Shown: positions 9,805 to 20,704 of the stretch, one piece after another
How positions within the stretch are numbered: the stretch's first letter is position 1
How the letters are laid out: every line of letters starts with the position of its first letter
Program-made: the position numbers and the translations under genes
Notes under the pieces: model-generated
Told to the model about the DNA's origin: nothing
Seen by the model: the letters and a program-made list of their open reading frames with translations, nothing else
Databases searched by the model: none
DNA from: Spirochaetota bacterium
GTDB lineage: Bacteria; Spirochaetota; UBA12135; COTS27; CBDBHE01
Reading direction: 5' to 3'
Assembly: GCA_965205605.1 (NCBI GenBank)
Contig: CBDBHE010000008.1
Coordinates: 1 to 64,000 of the forward strand
DNA: 64,000 nucleotides

Positions 9805-10221
9805 ATGATTCTTTTTATTAGTAGTCTATTAATTATCGCTTTGTCCTTATTCCTTTTTCCAAAAATTATTGTTAGCAAATTTCACTTAGAAAAAATACAA
9901 GACAAAATAACTCCCTATAAAAAAACTTTTTCTTTAATCACTCTAATTACTGCCATTTTTTCTTTGCTTAAATTAATCCCTTTTTTAACTCAAAATAGTG
10001 TCCAAATTTTTAGTGGAATTATCGGCTTTTTAGCTCTTTTTATCAGTCTTATCATCTTTGAAGACTTCTTTATCAAAGCTAAAAATCCTACTTTAAATAA
10101 AATTGGATTAATGACAAAAAATATCACTAAATTTATTAATCATGACAAAAGAGCACAATTCTTTTTCTCTACTTTCCTTCTCATCGCTTTAATGGGCTTA
10201 TTAATTGCTTTAGTTGGCTAA
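9805..10221 (+). CDS. Hypothetical membrane protein (about 4 TM helices)
   Basis: 138-aa ORF with four hydrophobic stretches; lacks the ExbB/TolQ GLxGT motif. Confidence 0.6.
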   Translation: MILFISSLLIIALSLFLFPKIIVSKFHLEKIQDKITPYKKTFSLITLITAIFSLLKLIPFLTQNSVQIFSGIIGFLALFISLIIFEDFFIKAKNPTLNKIGLMTKNITKFINHDKRAQFFFSTFLLIALMGLLIALVG

Positions 10222-10257
10222 ATACAATGACTATCATTTACTTGTAAAAAAACCAAC

Positions 10258-10653
10258 ATGATTAAAAGACAAATACCCAAAAAAGCAACCATCGATCTTA
10301 CTCCCATGGTTGATATCGTTTTTCTACTTATTATCTTCTTTATGACTTCAAGTACTTTAGTTAAAAAAAGTGCTATAAAAATCGATCTCCCTAAAGCAAG
10401 TAGTGGTAGTAGCGAAAAAGAACAACCTCTTACTCTTTTAATTAGCAAAGATAGCAAAATCCACTTTGATAACCAAGAAATCCAAGAAGAAAATTTACAA
10501 GATTTTTTAAAAAATAAAATTAGTAATCCACAAAATGAAACCATTACCATTAAAGGAGATAAACAAGTTCCTTACGAAAAAATAATCAAAGTCATGGGTA
10601 TTGTAAAAAACATAGGAATAAAAAGCATCTTATTATCAACAGAAAAACAATAA
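10258..10653 (+). CDS. exbD: ExbD/TolR-family biopolymer transport protein
   Basis: DLTPMVDIVFLLIIFFM (TM Asp), IDLPKA and KGDKQVPY. Confidence 0.9.
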   Translation: MIKRQIPKKATIDLTPMVDIVFLLIIFFMTSSTLVKKSAIKIDLPKASSGSSEKEQPLTLLISKDSKIHFDNQEIQEENLQDFLKNKISNPQNETITIKGDKQVPYEKIIKVMGIVKNIGIKSILLSTEKQ

Positions 10654-10675
10654 TTATTTATTAACTATAACAAAA

Positions 10676-13600
10676 ATGAAACAATCTAAAATTACACACA
10701 CCCAGTTAATTTGGGGAAGTTTATTTTGTTTTTCTTTTTTATTAATTGCTTATTTTATACTACATTATAATACTTCTAAAGTCATTTTTTTAAAAGAAAA
10801 GAAAATCAAAGAAACGTTTCCTTTTGTTGTTGATTATAAAAAAATTAAACTCACTCCTCTTTTTAAACTTTCTATTGAAAATGTTATTTTATCTAATCAA
10901 AGTTTTTCTTTAAAAACATCTCACCTACTTCTTACCCCTCATTTGCTTTTAATATTTAAAAAAAAAAATCCAATAAAAAAAATTAAGTTTCATCAAGGAA
11001 GTATCACTCTTTATAGAAAAAATCAAGAAACAACCCAATTTTTTGATCTTCAAAAAATCATCCCCTTACTCTTTAAAAAACAAAATCATTCTTCTGATAT
11101 TAAATGGAACCATCTCAATATTAAATTAAGTCATTTTTTAATTAAATCTGAAAAATTAACTTTAAACCCAAAATCAATTCATTTAAAACTTAAAAAGAAT
11201 TCAAAGAAAATTAAAATTTTTACAAAAATTATTTTAAAAAATAAAACTTTATTTCAAATTTATTTTGCTTCAAATCTAAAAAAAAAAAAATCCAATGGAA
11301 AATTAAAAATTAAAAAAAAATACATTAGTTATTCTTATAAATTAACGGGTGATTTTTTAAGTGAAAAAGATTTTATTTTAAGCATCCATCCATCAAAAAA
11401 AAAAGAAAATTTAATTTCATTACGATATCAATATGATCAAAATACCTTTCAATTTCAAAGTACTTTATCAGCTTTACCAATTAACATACTTTTAAATCAA
11501 AGAAAAAATCAAGATTCATTTTTATCCAAAATAGAAAAAAAAATTCTAACCCCTTCTTTAAATAAAGGAAATTTCTTTATTTCAAAAACAAATGAAATTT
11601 CCTTAAAAAATTTAATTTTTCATATTTCTACCAAGAAAAATCTTTCAAAGAAAAAAAAAAATTGGGATTTTTCAATTGAAAATCGAAAAAATAGTTTTAC
11701 TTTATTTAAAGGACAACTTCAAAATAACACTTTAAATAAATCAATTTCATTTTCTTATTTTAAAAAACAAAAACCCATCCTTAACGGCACTTTCAAAATA
11801 AAAGACTTTCAACACTTAGAAGGCAACTTATTTTTTAACAATTTTATTTTTAAAAAAAATAAAATTAATGGTCCTTTAAATTTCAAACTACTCTCTAAAC
11901 AAATTAAAATTAAAATTAATAAAATTAAAATTAATCAAGCCATCTTTCAAGCTAATTGCCTCATTGACTTTCAAAATGAACAGTTTATCTTAATCAAAGG
12001 GGAAAACCACCAAAAGTCACTTTATTATAAATACTTTTATTCTTTAAAAGAAAAAAAACATACTTTAAACATTAAAACTAGAAGATATCCCCTTAAAGAC
12101 CTTTCTTTTTTATTTAAAAACTCCAATTTAAAAGAAAATATTATCGACGGCAATCTGCATCTTATTTACAAAAATCAAAATGCAAATGGAAAGGTCAATC
12201 TTATTGCCCAAAATATTTTAACCGGAAATCAAAATCTTAATTTAAAAATACTCATTAATGAAAAAGGACTCTTCGTTCAAAATAGCTTAATCACCTACGA
12301 ACAATTCATTTTTAAAAATATCAATTTATCTTATAAAAATAATGTTAATAACAATGCCCTTTTATTCTCCGCTAAGATTAATAACAAACCTTATCATTAC
12401 ACTGCCAAAAAACTTGAAAAAAGTAAAAATCACATCACTTTAAAATTTAACGAAGAAGATATCAAAGTTAATTATTATTTTCAAAAAAAAAAACTAACTT
12501 TAGCAGCCAACAATATTTTAGAACCTTTCTTAAAATCAAACCTTTCTTTTTTTGTTAATTATTCTTTTAAAACTTTTTTAGGAAAAGGATTTGTTTACTT
12601 GAGTCAAAAAAAAGAAAAAGAATTAAAACTCTTATTTAATATTGATAAAAAAAAAATTAAATTTAATTCATTAGTTTATAAAACTCCTTCTAATTACTTA
12701 AGTGGTTTTGGTGAAGCTTACATAGGAAAAAATTTTATTTATTCACTAAATCTAAAAAAAAAAAATCAGAAGGTTTTATTAAGCTTTATGGAAAAGTGTT
12801 AGGGTTGCGTTCAGAAAGTACCCTTATTGTTAAAAATATAGATTTAAGTGAGTGGTTTCCAAAAAGAAAGTATTATGTTAATGGAAAAATAAGAGCAAAT
12901 CTTCGGCTTAGAGGTTCTTTATTAAGTCCAAATTTGACGATTAAGTGTTATGTTAAAGATTATAAAATTCTAAATCAAAAATATGATGTGTATGCTGAAT
13001 TTTTACTATACGGAAAAAAAATGGCACTTGAATAAAATAGACTTTTTTAATATCAATAGAAAATTTATCAAAACCCCTAATATTTCAATTACTGAAAACA
13101 ATCAACTAGGCCTCAATAATTTAAAAATTAAACTCCAAGACTTTCAATTAGTTGGCAAAATAAATGGTGATTTTTATTTCTCTTATAATCCAAATAATCA
13201 AAAAGGATTTGTTTCGTCTTCTGATTATTTTATTAATAAAAAAAATATAAAAAATTTCTATACTTTTTTTGAATTCAAAAAAGATCAATTTCTTTTGAAT
13301 ACTCCTAGTAAAAATGGATTGACAGGATCGGTCTTTTTAAATAAAGATAAAAAAATAAATCTTAAATATCAATATTATCAAGAGGAAAAATTTGTTACTA
13401 CAGGAGATTATAAAAATAAAAATTGGAATATTGAAATATTATCCGATAGTTTTGAAACCAGTTATTTAAATTTCTTTTTGCCTATCTTTTATGATGAAAA
13501 GCCTCAAAAAAAATTATTTGTTTTTAAGAAAAAAGGTGAAGAAGATAAAAAAATTAATTTCTACTTAAAAATCAATATCGATCAATATGGCAAAACATTA

Positions 13601-14845
13601 CTAAATAGTCGCTATTTAGGCGCAGGAAAAATAAGGCTTTATGGGACTTTAAGACCTTCTAATTATTATTTAGTGGATTTGACTTTGGAAAATAATGTTT
13701 TTTATATCGAACAATCAACTTTTCAATATGACAATGACAAAATATCAATTGAAGGAAATGCTTCAATAAAAGACCTTAAAACAGTTGAGGATATCAATAT
13801 TTCAATTAAAACAGATGGAGAAAGAGGCATCCCTGTTAGGACTAAAATAGCTAATATCGATTTTGATGGACTGACGAAATTAAATCTTCTTATCAATGGA
13901 AGTGAAAAAAATCCTACTATAAAAGGAAATATTCATCTCTCTAAAAGTGAAATTATATTTAATTCTTTTTTGAATCAATATAATATTAATCGCTCCATTA
14001 GTAATGATTTTTTATATAAATCGGATTATGACTTAAAGATATCAACTGAAGAAAAAAATGTTAATTTTAAAAGTGTCATTTTAAACTTTCCTATAGAAAG
14101 AAATTCTTATTTAAATGTGAAAGGAAACTTTAAAAATTCAAACTACCAAATTAGTGGAAATGTTTTAGGTCGAGAAAATGCAGGGACCTATATTTATCAA
14201 GGAGTTGATTTTCAGCTTAAAAAAACTGAAATTATTTTTCCTGAAAAAAAAAACTCACTCGATCCTACTATCATTGTTACCGGCAAAACTAAAAAAAGAA
14301 ATTTTGAAAACAAACAAATCGTTGAAATTTTTATAACAAGAATTTCTCCTTTTTCAAGTGACCATGTAACGTTTTATTCGATTCCTTCAAAAAGTAAAGA
14401 TGAAATTCAAATTCTCCTAGGCCTCAAAAAAGATAATTCTAACCCTGAAAGTTCTTACCAAAATTTTTTTGTAAATCAAGCTTCTAAAACAATCTTTGCT
14501 AATCTTGTTTTGCAACCAATCGAGCAATCCATAAGAAAAGCTTTTAACTTAGATTTTTTGAATATTGATAGTGATATTCACCGAATCATTGAAAACCCTA
14601 AAAATACCCTTGATGGAACTAATGCCCTTAATGCTAATTTATCTTTTGGAAAATATATTGGTTATGATTTACTCCTTAAAATTGATGCTGATTTACAGTT
14701 TAATGATACTATTAGCTTACTTTCAAATACTGTTTTTGGCTTTGAATACAATTTATTTGACTATTTTATTTTAGAAGGTTCTTTCCCAATTATCCAAAAC
14801 ACACAAGAAAGCACTATTCAAGTCAATAAAATATGGCAATTTTAG
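10676..14845 (+). CDS. tamB: TamB-like translocation/assembly module protein (~1390 codons), split by two compensating homopolymer frameshifts
   Basis: N-terminal TM anchor, beta-rich repeats, C-terminal GKY..KIWQF end, directly upstream of bamA. ORFs 10676-12802, 12796-13035 and 12983-14845 join at the A12 run (12754-12765) and near the A8 run (13014-13021). Confidence 0.72.
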
Positions 14846-14876
14846 TCTAAATTAACTTATAATTAAGCTCATTTTT

Positions 14877-17417
14877 ATGAAAAACAAAAAAATAAATTTT
14901 TTTACTACCGTTATTATTATACCTATCTTAATTTTAATAAAGGTTTCTTACCCTCAAATTGATTACAATGGGAGACTTTTAAATAAAATCATCATTGAAG
15001 GCAACGTGAGCTTAAAAAATAATGCTATAAAAATTTTTTTAAACTATATTAAAAAAAACAAGCCACTTCATGAAAGTTATCTTAGAAAAGATTTTAAAAA
15101 TTTATACGAATCAGGTCTTTTTAAAAACATTACATTTGAACTCAAAGAAAGTAAAGAAGGTCAATTAAACCTCATTATTAAAGTTGAAGAGCTCCCCAAG
15201 GTAACTAAAATTAGCTTTGCAGGTAATCGGAAAATAACCACAGAAGAAATTTTAGAAAGTTTGCCTATTCAACAAAATGATTATTATTCAGATAATCAAC
15301 TTAATAATGCTATTTTACATATCAAAAATTTATATAGAAAAGAAGGATATCTTACAACTAAAGTAAAAGTAGAAAAGAGAAAAAATAATCTAAAAAACAC
15401 GATGAGTCTTTTTTTTGATATTAAAGAAGGAACTGAAATTTTAGTTGGAAAGGTCACCATTCATGGAAATAAAGAAATAAAGCGAGGAATCATTTTAGGG
15501 GTACTGGAAACCAAAAAAGATGAATGGTATAGCGAAGGTAAATATGATGAAATTATTTTCGAAGAAGATAAAAAAAGAATCATTCAGCTTTATAAAAAAA
15601 ATGGATTTATTAATACCAAAATTAGTGATATCAAAACGACTTATCGATGGAAAAACCCAAAAACTAAAAAGTCTAGATTTATTTATATTGATATTTTTCT
15701 TGAAGAAGGAAAACAGCACTTCTTTGGAGATGTGAAGGTAAAAGGCAATCGTCTTTTTTCTTTTAAAGAAATTAGAAAATTGTTTAGACGCTCCAAAGGA
15801 AAAATTTTTAACGAAGAAATTCATCAACAAGACATTCAAAATATTGTATCAAAATACCACCAAAGTGGCTATATTTTTGCTAGAGTAACCCCTATAGAAA
15901 ATGTTAATAATGAAACAAAAGAAATTCATTATATTTTTGATATTTATGAAGGAGAAGTCGCTCATATAGAAAGCATTTTTATTTCTGGTAATGAAAAAAC
16001 CAAAAGGCATGTGATTAAAAGAGAACTAGAAGTTAAAGAAGGAGAACTTTTTAATGCTTATAAAATAAGACGTTCCATTGAAAAACTGATGAATCTTCAA
16101 TTTTTCAAAAGCGTCATTCCAGAGCCAAAGGCTGGTTCTATTGAAGGACTGATGAATATTAATTTTCAAATCGAAGAACAATTAACGGCTCTAATTTCTG
16201 GGGGAGCTGGTCTTGGTACTCAAACAGGTTTTAGCTTACAAGCACAAGCAAGAGAAAATAATTTTCTAGGAAACGGGCAAACCGTAGGGACCAAAGTTGA
16301 ATACGGACAAAGAAGAAAAACTGTTTCCTTTAGCTTTATTGAACCATGGTTTTTAGGGATTTCAACTTCTTTAGGATCTAGCATTCAATTTTCTAGAGAT
16401 ACCCTTTTCTATCAAGCTGATCAAAGAGCCATCAATGACGATGGTAGTACTAATGACACTTCTTTTTTCTTTTTGCCTAATGGGGAAGAGAAAACTGCTC
16501 AAGAAATTGATTATACACGAGATGTTTTTATTTGGACACTTTCATCAACTCAACGATTTTTAAACTGGTATCGAAATACAGCTAAATTTTCTATAGAATT
16601 AGAAAAAAATTATTTGCTAGATGAAGCTGATGGATTCGCTGGTGAACAATTTAGTCAAGAATCAATTTATAATTTAAATACTCATCGATTTTCTGAACCT
16701 CCTCCTATGGAAGAAGATTTCAAACCCATTCTTACTATAGGAGAGGTTATCACTAAAGATACAAGAGATAATTGGCTCAATGCAACTAGAGGTTCTCATA
16801 TTTCTTTAGAAGCAAACTATACATTTGGTCAATATTCATTAACAAAGTGGAATTTTCAATTTTCAAAATACATTAAATTTTTAGGTCCTTTAGTAGGCGT
16901 TTATTCTGCTAATTTATCGACATTAGGAAATGCTATTAATGGAAAGTTTAACTACACAACAAGACTGTATTACCGATTTTATCGAGAAGAAATACGAGGT
17001 TGGGAGTCTTTTCATATTGGAAAATTTAGAAATGAACTTACTGCTAAAAATTTAATTAATAATGCTAATATTGTTGGTAAAGCAAAAATTAGACATTCTT
17101 TTGAAATTCGCTTTCCAATTGTGAGTTCTATTCTTTGGGGAGTTTTTTTTGTAGATGCAGGAAACTTATCAGATGATTTTTTAGGTTTCTCTCTAGATAA
17201 AAATAATTTTTTACTTAATTACTGGGAATATATGTATGACTTTGGTCTTGGGGTTAGGCTCCAAATAGCTCAACTACCTATTAGATTATTTTGGTCTTGG
17301 CGATTTATCAATGATAAAAAATCAAATGAGTGGTATTTCTATAATCACAATGAAAAATTATTTTCAACAGATTTTCCACAGCCTAATTTTGTATTAACCA
17401 TTGCCGGTTTTTTTTAA
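14877..17417 (+). CDS. bamA: Outer membrane protein assembly factor BamA
   Basis: Signal peptide, repeated POTRA motifs (GN..., Y.K.GY, I.EG), ENNFLGNG, IRGW lid loop and terminal Phe. Confidence 0.93.
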   Translation: MKNKKINFFTTVIIIPILILIKVSYPQIDYNGRLLNKIIIEGNVSLKNNAIKIFLNYIKKNKPLHESYLRKDFKNLYESGLFKNITFELKESKEGQLNLIIKVEELPKVTKISFAGNRKITTEEILESLPIQQNDYYSDNQLNNAILHIKNLYRKEGYLTTKVKVEKRKNNLKNTMSLFFDIKEGTEILVGKVTIHGNKEIKRGIILGVLETKKDEWYSEGKYDEIIFEEDKKRIIQLYKKNGFINTKISDIKTTYRWKNPKTKKSRFIYIDIFLEEGKQHFFGDVKVKGNRLFSFKEIRKLFRRSKGKIFNEEIHQQDIQNIVSKYHQSGYIFARVTPIENVNNETKEIHYIFDIYEGEVAHIESIFISGNEKTKRHVIKRELEVKEGELFNAYKIRRSIEKLMNLQFFKSVIPEPKAGSIEGLMNINFQIEEQLTALISGGAGLGTQTGFSLQAQARENNFLGNGQTVGTKVEYGQRRKTVSFSFIEPWFLGISTSLGSSIQFSRDTLFYQADQRAINDDGSTNDTSFFFLPNGEEKTAQEIDYTRDVFIWTLSSTQRFLNWYRNTAKFSIELEKNYLLDEADGFAGEQFSQESIYNLNTHRFSEPPPMEEDFKPILTIGEVITKDTRDNWLNATRGSHISLEANYTFGQYSLTKWNFQFSKYIKFLGPLVGVYSANLSTLGNAINGKFNYTTRLYYRFYREEIRGWESFHIGKFRNELTAKNLINNANIVGKAKIRHSFEIRFPIVSSILWGVFFVDAGNLSDDFLGFSLDKNNFLLNYWEYMYDFGLGVRLQIAQLPIRLFWSWRFINDKKSNEWYFYNHNEKLFSTDFPQPNFVLTIAGFF

Positions 17418-17441
17418 AATTAACAATAAAGGAGTAAATAT

Positions 17442-17975
17442 ATGAAAAAAATTATTATTATTTTACTAGTTTTAGCTTTAATACCCTCAAAAGAAGTATT
17501 ATCCGCTCAAAATAAAATTACAAAAATAGCTTGTATTGATGTACAACGTATTATTGATAAAGTTTCTTCAGATAGACTATTAAAACAAGTCTTATCTAAA
17601 AAAAAAGATACCTTTATCAAAGGAACCGAAGGTATTTCTAAGGAAATTCAAAAATTAAAAGCCATTTTAATAACCGAAACTCAAAAATTAAGTGAAAAAA
17701 GAAAATTTGAAATTAAAAAAGAAATTATTGAAAGAGAAGAAGAATTAAGAGAAATGCTAAATAAACAAAGAAAATCTATTAATTCTTTAGAAAGAAGACT
17801 TTCAGTAGATATTATTCGCAATTTATACACCGTTGTAAAAAGAATTGCTATTAGGAATGGCTTTTCTATTGTGATTGAAAAAGGCACTGTTGTGATTTAT
17901 GCAGACTCAAATTCAGACATCACTAAAGATGTTTTATTAGAGTTAGAAAAACAAAAAGAAAAACTCTCTCGTTAA
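17442..17975 (+). CDS. skp: OmpH/Skp periplasmic chaperone
   Basis: Signal peptide, KIACIDVQRI, coiled-coil body and DIT.DVL; SD AAGGAG upstream; follows bamA. Confidence 0.85.
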   Translation: MKKIIIILLVLALIPSKEVLSAQNKITKIACIDVQRIIDKVSSDRLLKQVLSKKKDTFIKGTEGISKEIQKLKAILITETQKLSEKRKFEIKKEIIEREEELREMLNKQRKSINSLERRLSVDIIRNLYTVVKRIAIRNGFSIVIEKGTVVIYADSNSDITKDVLLELEKQKEKLSR

Positions 17976-17990
17976 CAATTTTTTTTTAAA

Positions 17991-18953
17991 ATGACCCCTA
18001 TCAAAAAAATCATTGAGATTCTAAAAATAAAAGAATCTATAGGTAATATTGAAAAAAAAATTATTGGTATTTCTGATATTAAAGATATTAAAAAAAATAC
18101 GATTGTTTATGTTCGAAAAGAATTAACAAAAGCAATAACAAATAAAGGAGATTGTTTTCTTATTTCTAAAAAAGCTAAAGAAAACCTTCAAGTTGAAAAA
18201 AACAAAACTTACTTAGTAGCTTCAGAAGCAGAAAAATCATTTATCAAACTATTAGATTTTTTTAATCCTTATAAAAACAAAACTAATTATAAAGCACTAA
18301 ACTCAAAAAATGGTCTTTTAATAGGCCCCAATGTTATTTGTGGAGAAAATGTTACTTTTAAAAAAAATATTCACTTGATGGGCAATAATTTTATTGGACA
18401 CAAGTGTACAATTGGAAATAATGTAACGCTTCATCCAGGAGTGATTGTTTATGATGATTGCATCATTGGTAATGATGTCACCATTTATGCCAATAGTGTG
18501 ATTGGAAAAGATGGTTTTGGGTATGAGTTTTTAGGCGATAAATGGACTAAAATCCCTCAGATTGGTAATGTCATTATTGAAGACAACGTAGAAATAGGAT
18601 CCAACACTTGTGTTGATCGTTCAACGATAGGCAGTACTTTAATTAAAGAAGGAACTAAAATTGATAATTTAGTTCAAATAGCGCATAATGTTAAAATTGG
18701 AAGAGACACGATTATCGCTGGACAAACTGGTATTGCAGGGAGTGCTCAAATAGGAAACAATGTTATTTTAGCTGGAAACTCAAAAATAGCAGATCATTGT
18801 GTTTTAGAAGATCATATTACAGTTGGTATTGGGGGGACATCGTACAGCAAATCAAAGTTTAAAGCCAATACAAAATGGCTGGGTGTTCCTTTAAGACCTA
18901 TGAGAGCTCAATTACGGATTGATAATCTTTTAACAAGATTTTTAAAAAAATAA
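17991..18953 (+). CDS. lpxD: UDP-3-O-acylglucosamine N-acyltransferase
   Basis: Hexapeptide repeats, G.DGFGY, KIPQIG.V and [13 protein letters not shown]. Confidence 0.93.
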   Translation: MTPIKKIIEILKIKESIGNIEKKIIGISDIKDIKKNTIVYVRKELTKAITNKGDCFLISKKAKENLQVEKNKTYLVASEAEKSFIKLLDFFNPYKNKTNYKALNSKNGLLIGPNVICGENVTFKKNIHLMGNNFIGHKCTIGNNVTLHPGVIVYDDCIIGNDVTIYANSVIGKDGFGYEFLGDKWTKIPQIGNVIIEDNVEIGSNTCVDRSTIGSTLIKEGTKIDNLVQIAHNVKIGRDTIIAGQTGIAGSAQIGNNVILAGNSKIADHCVLEDHITVGIGGTSYSKSKFKANTKWLGVPLRPMRAQLRIDNLLTRFLKK

Positions 18954-18968
18954 AAAGCGAGTATTTTT

Positions 18969-19427
18969 ATGAAAGAAGAAAATAAACAAGAAAAACTTAT
19001 TTTAGATATTAATGAAATTAAAAAATTCCTTCCTCATCGTTACCCTTTTCTTATGGTAGATCGAGTTGTTAAAATAACAGATAATTCTATAGAAGCGATT
19101 AAAAATATTTCAATTAATGAAAATTATTTTCAAGGCCATTATCCTGATTTTCCTATTATGCCTGGCGTCTTACAAATAGAAGCCATCGCTCAAGTTGGTG
19201 GCATTTTAGCTTTGAGGAAAAATAATAAAAATCTATCTAAAAAAGCTATTTATTTTATGGGAATAGATAAAGTTAGGTTTAAATCTCCCGTTGTTCCAGG
19301 AGATCAACTCATTATTAAAGTAGAAATCATCAACCTAAGCCAATCAAGACTTGTTTTTTCTGGGAAAACCTACGTCAAAGATAAAGTAGCTTGTCAAGTC
19401 GATAAAATAATGGCTCTTGCTAAGTAA
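18969..19427 (+). CDS. fabZ: 3-hydroxyacyl-ACP dehydratase
   Basis: LPHRYPFLMVD, FQGHYP and MPGVLQIEA. Confidence 0.95.
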   Translation: MKEENKQEKLILDINEIKKFLPHRYPFLMVDRVVKITDNSIEAIKNISINENYFQGHYPDFPIMPGVLQIEAIAQVGGILALRKNNKNLSKKAIYFMGIDKVRFKSPVVPGDQLIIKVEIINLSQSRLVFSGKTYVKDKVACQVDKIMALAK

Positions 19428-20611
19428 TGAATCAAAAAAATCCTAAGCAAAAATTAAAAAATATAGCTCTACCTAAAAGAATTTTGATTTCTACTAATGA
19501 AATTTCTGCTGATGAAAATGCAGCTAATTTAGTGCGTTATATAAAAAAAAATTACAATAATACTTTTTTGTTTGCTGCCATTGGAGGAGATGCTTTAAAA
19601 AAAGAAAATGTTGATATTATTTTCGATATTTCTACAACCAATACTGTTGGAATTATTGAAGGAATTCCTTCTTTAATTCATGATTTTTTTTTTCTTAATC
19701 GATTAAAACAATATCTTAAAAAAAATCATTTTGATATTGTTTTATGTGTTGATGGACAAGGTAAAAACATCCCAATTGGAAAGATCGCTAAGAAAAAAAA
19801 AATAAAAACTGCCTATTATTTTCCACCTCCTATTTTTATTTGGGGAACATGGTATAAAAAACAAATAAAAAAATATTTTGATTTTGTTTTTTGTCCTTTT
19901 AAAGACAACGTCAGTCTTTACAAAGAAGAAGGAATTAATTCTCATTTAGTGGGACATCCTTTTTCAATTATTAAACAATCAAACAATCATCAACAAAAAA
20001 ACATTTTACTTAAAAAATTGGAGATTCCTTCTCAATCTAAAGTGATTGCAATTTTTCCTGGCAGTCGCTATCAAGAAATTAATACTCTAACTCCTATTTT
20101 TCTAAAAGCAGCGAAATCTTTTAAAAAAGCTTACCCCAATACTTTTTTTATTATTGCTTGCTCTCACACAAAATTTGAAAAGAAGATTAAACAGTATCAA
20201 AAAGAAATCTTTAATACTTTTCTTTTAAAAGAATCTGCTAAAAAAACCCTTGGAATCAGTGATTTTGCTTGGATGTCTTCTGGCACAGCGACTTTACTCG
20301 CTTCTTTTTTATCGGTGCCTCATGCGATCTGTTATAAAATTTCATTTTTATCTTATATTATTTTAAAAAAATTAAACCGACATCCCTTTATTGGCATTTT
20401 AAACATTCTCTCTAAAAAAATGATTTGCCAAGAATTTACCAATAAAGCCCTAAATGAAAATAATCTCATCGAATACACAAAGTCTATTCTTTTTAATAAA
20501 AAAAAATACCAACACCTAACTCAAAATCTTAATAAAGCTTGCTTGCCATTAAAAAAAAAAGATCCTTTTGAACCTATTGTTAAAGGGCTTTTAAAACTTT
20601 CTAAAAACTAA
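19427..20611 (+). CDS. lpxB: Lipid-A-disaccharide synthase-like protein (divergent)
   Basis: VGHP, FPGSR.QE and SGTATL are conserved; the N-terminal motifs are atypical. Coupled to fabZ by TAATG. Confidence 0.8.
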   Translation: MNQKNPKQKLKNIALPKRILISTNEISADENAANLVRYIKKNYNNTFLFAAIGGDALKKENVDIIFDISTTNTVGIIEGIPSLIHDFFFLNRLKQYLKKNHFDIVLCVDGQGKNIPIGKIAKKKKIKTAYYFPPPIFIWGTWYKKQIKKYFDFVFCPFKDNVSLYKEEGINSHLVGHPFSIIKQSNNHQQKNILLKKLEIPSQSKVIAIFPGSRYQEINTLTPIFLKAAKSFKKAYPNTFFIIACSHTKFEKKIKQYQKEIFNTFLLKESAKKTLGISDFAWMSSGTATLLASFLSVPHAICYKISFLSYIILKKLNRHPFIGILNILSKKMICQEFTNKALNENNLIEYTKSILFNKKKYQHLTQNLNKACLPLKKKDPFEPIVKGLLKLSKN

Positions 20612-20635
20612 AACAATAAAGCCCCTTGATTTTAT

Positions 20636-20664
20636 TTGATAGAAGTTGTTTAAGAGTTTATAAT
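20636..20664 (+). promoter_or_regulatory. Sigma70-type promoter for the lepA operon
   Basis: TTGATA-17 bp-TATAAT about 40 bp upstream of the lepA ATG. Confidence 0.6.
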
Positions 20665-20704
20665 AACTTCAATTTTTTAAGAAAAATCAAAACACTTTTC
20701 TAAG

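Noticed and set aside
9805-10221. 138-aa membrane protein as ExbB/TolQ
   Set aside because: It lacks the P..GL.GT and AL..TA.G signatures and is too short.
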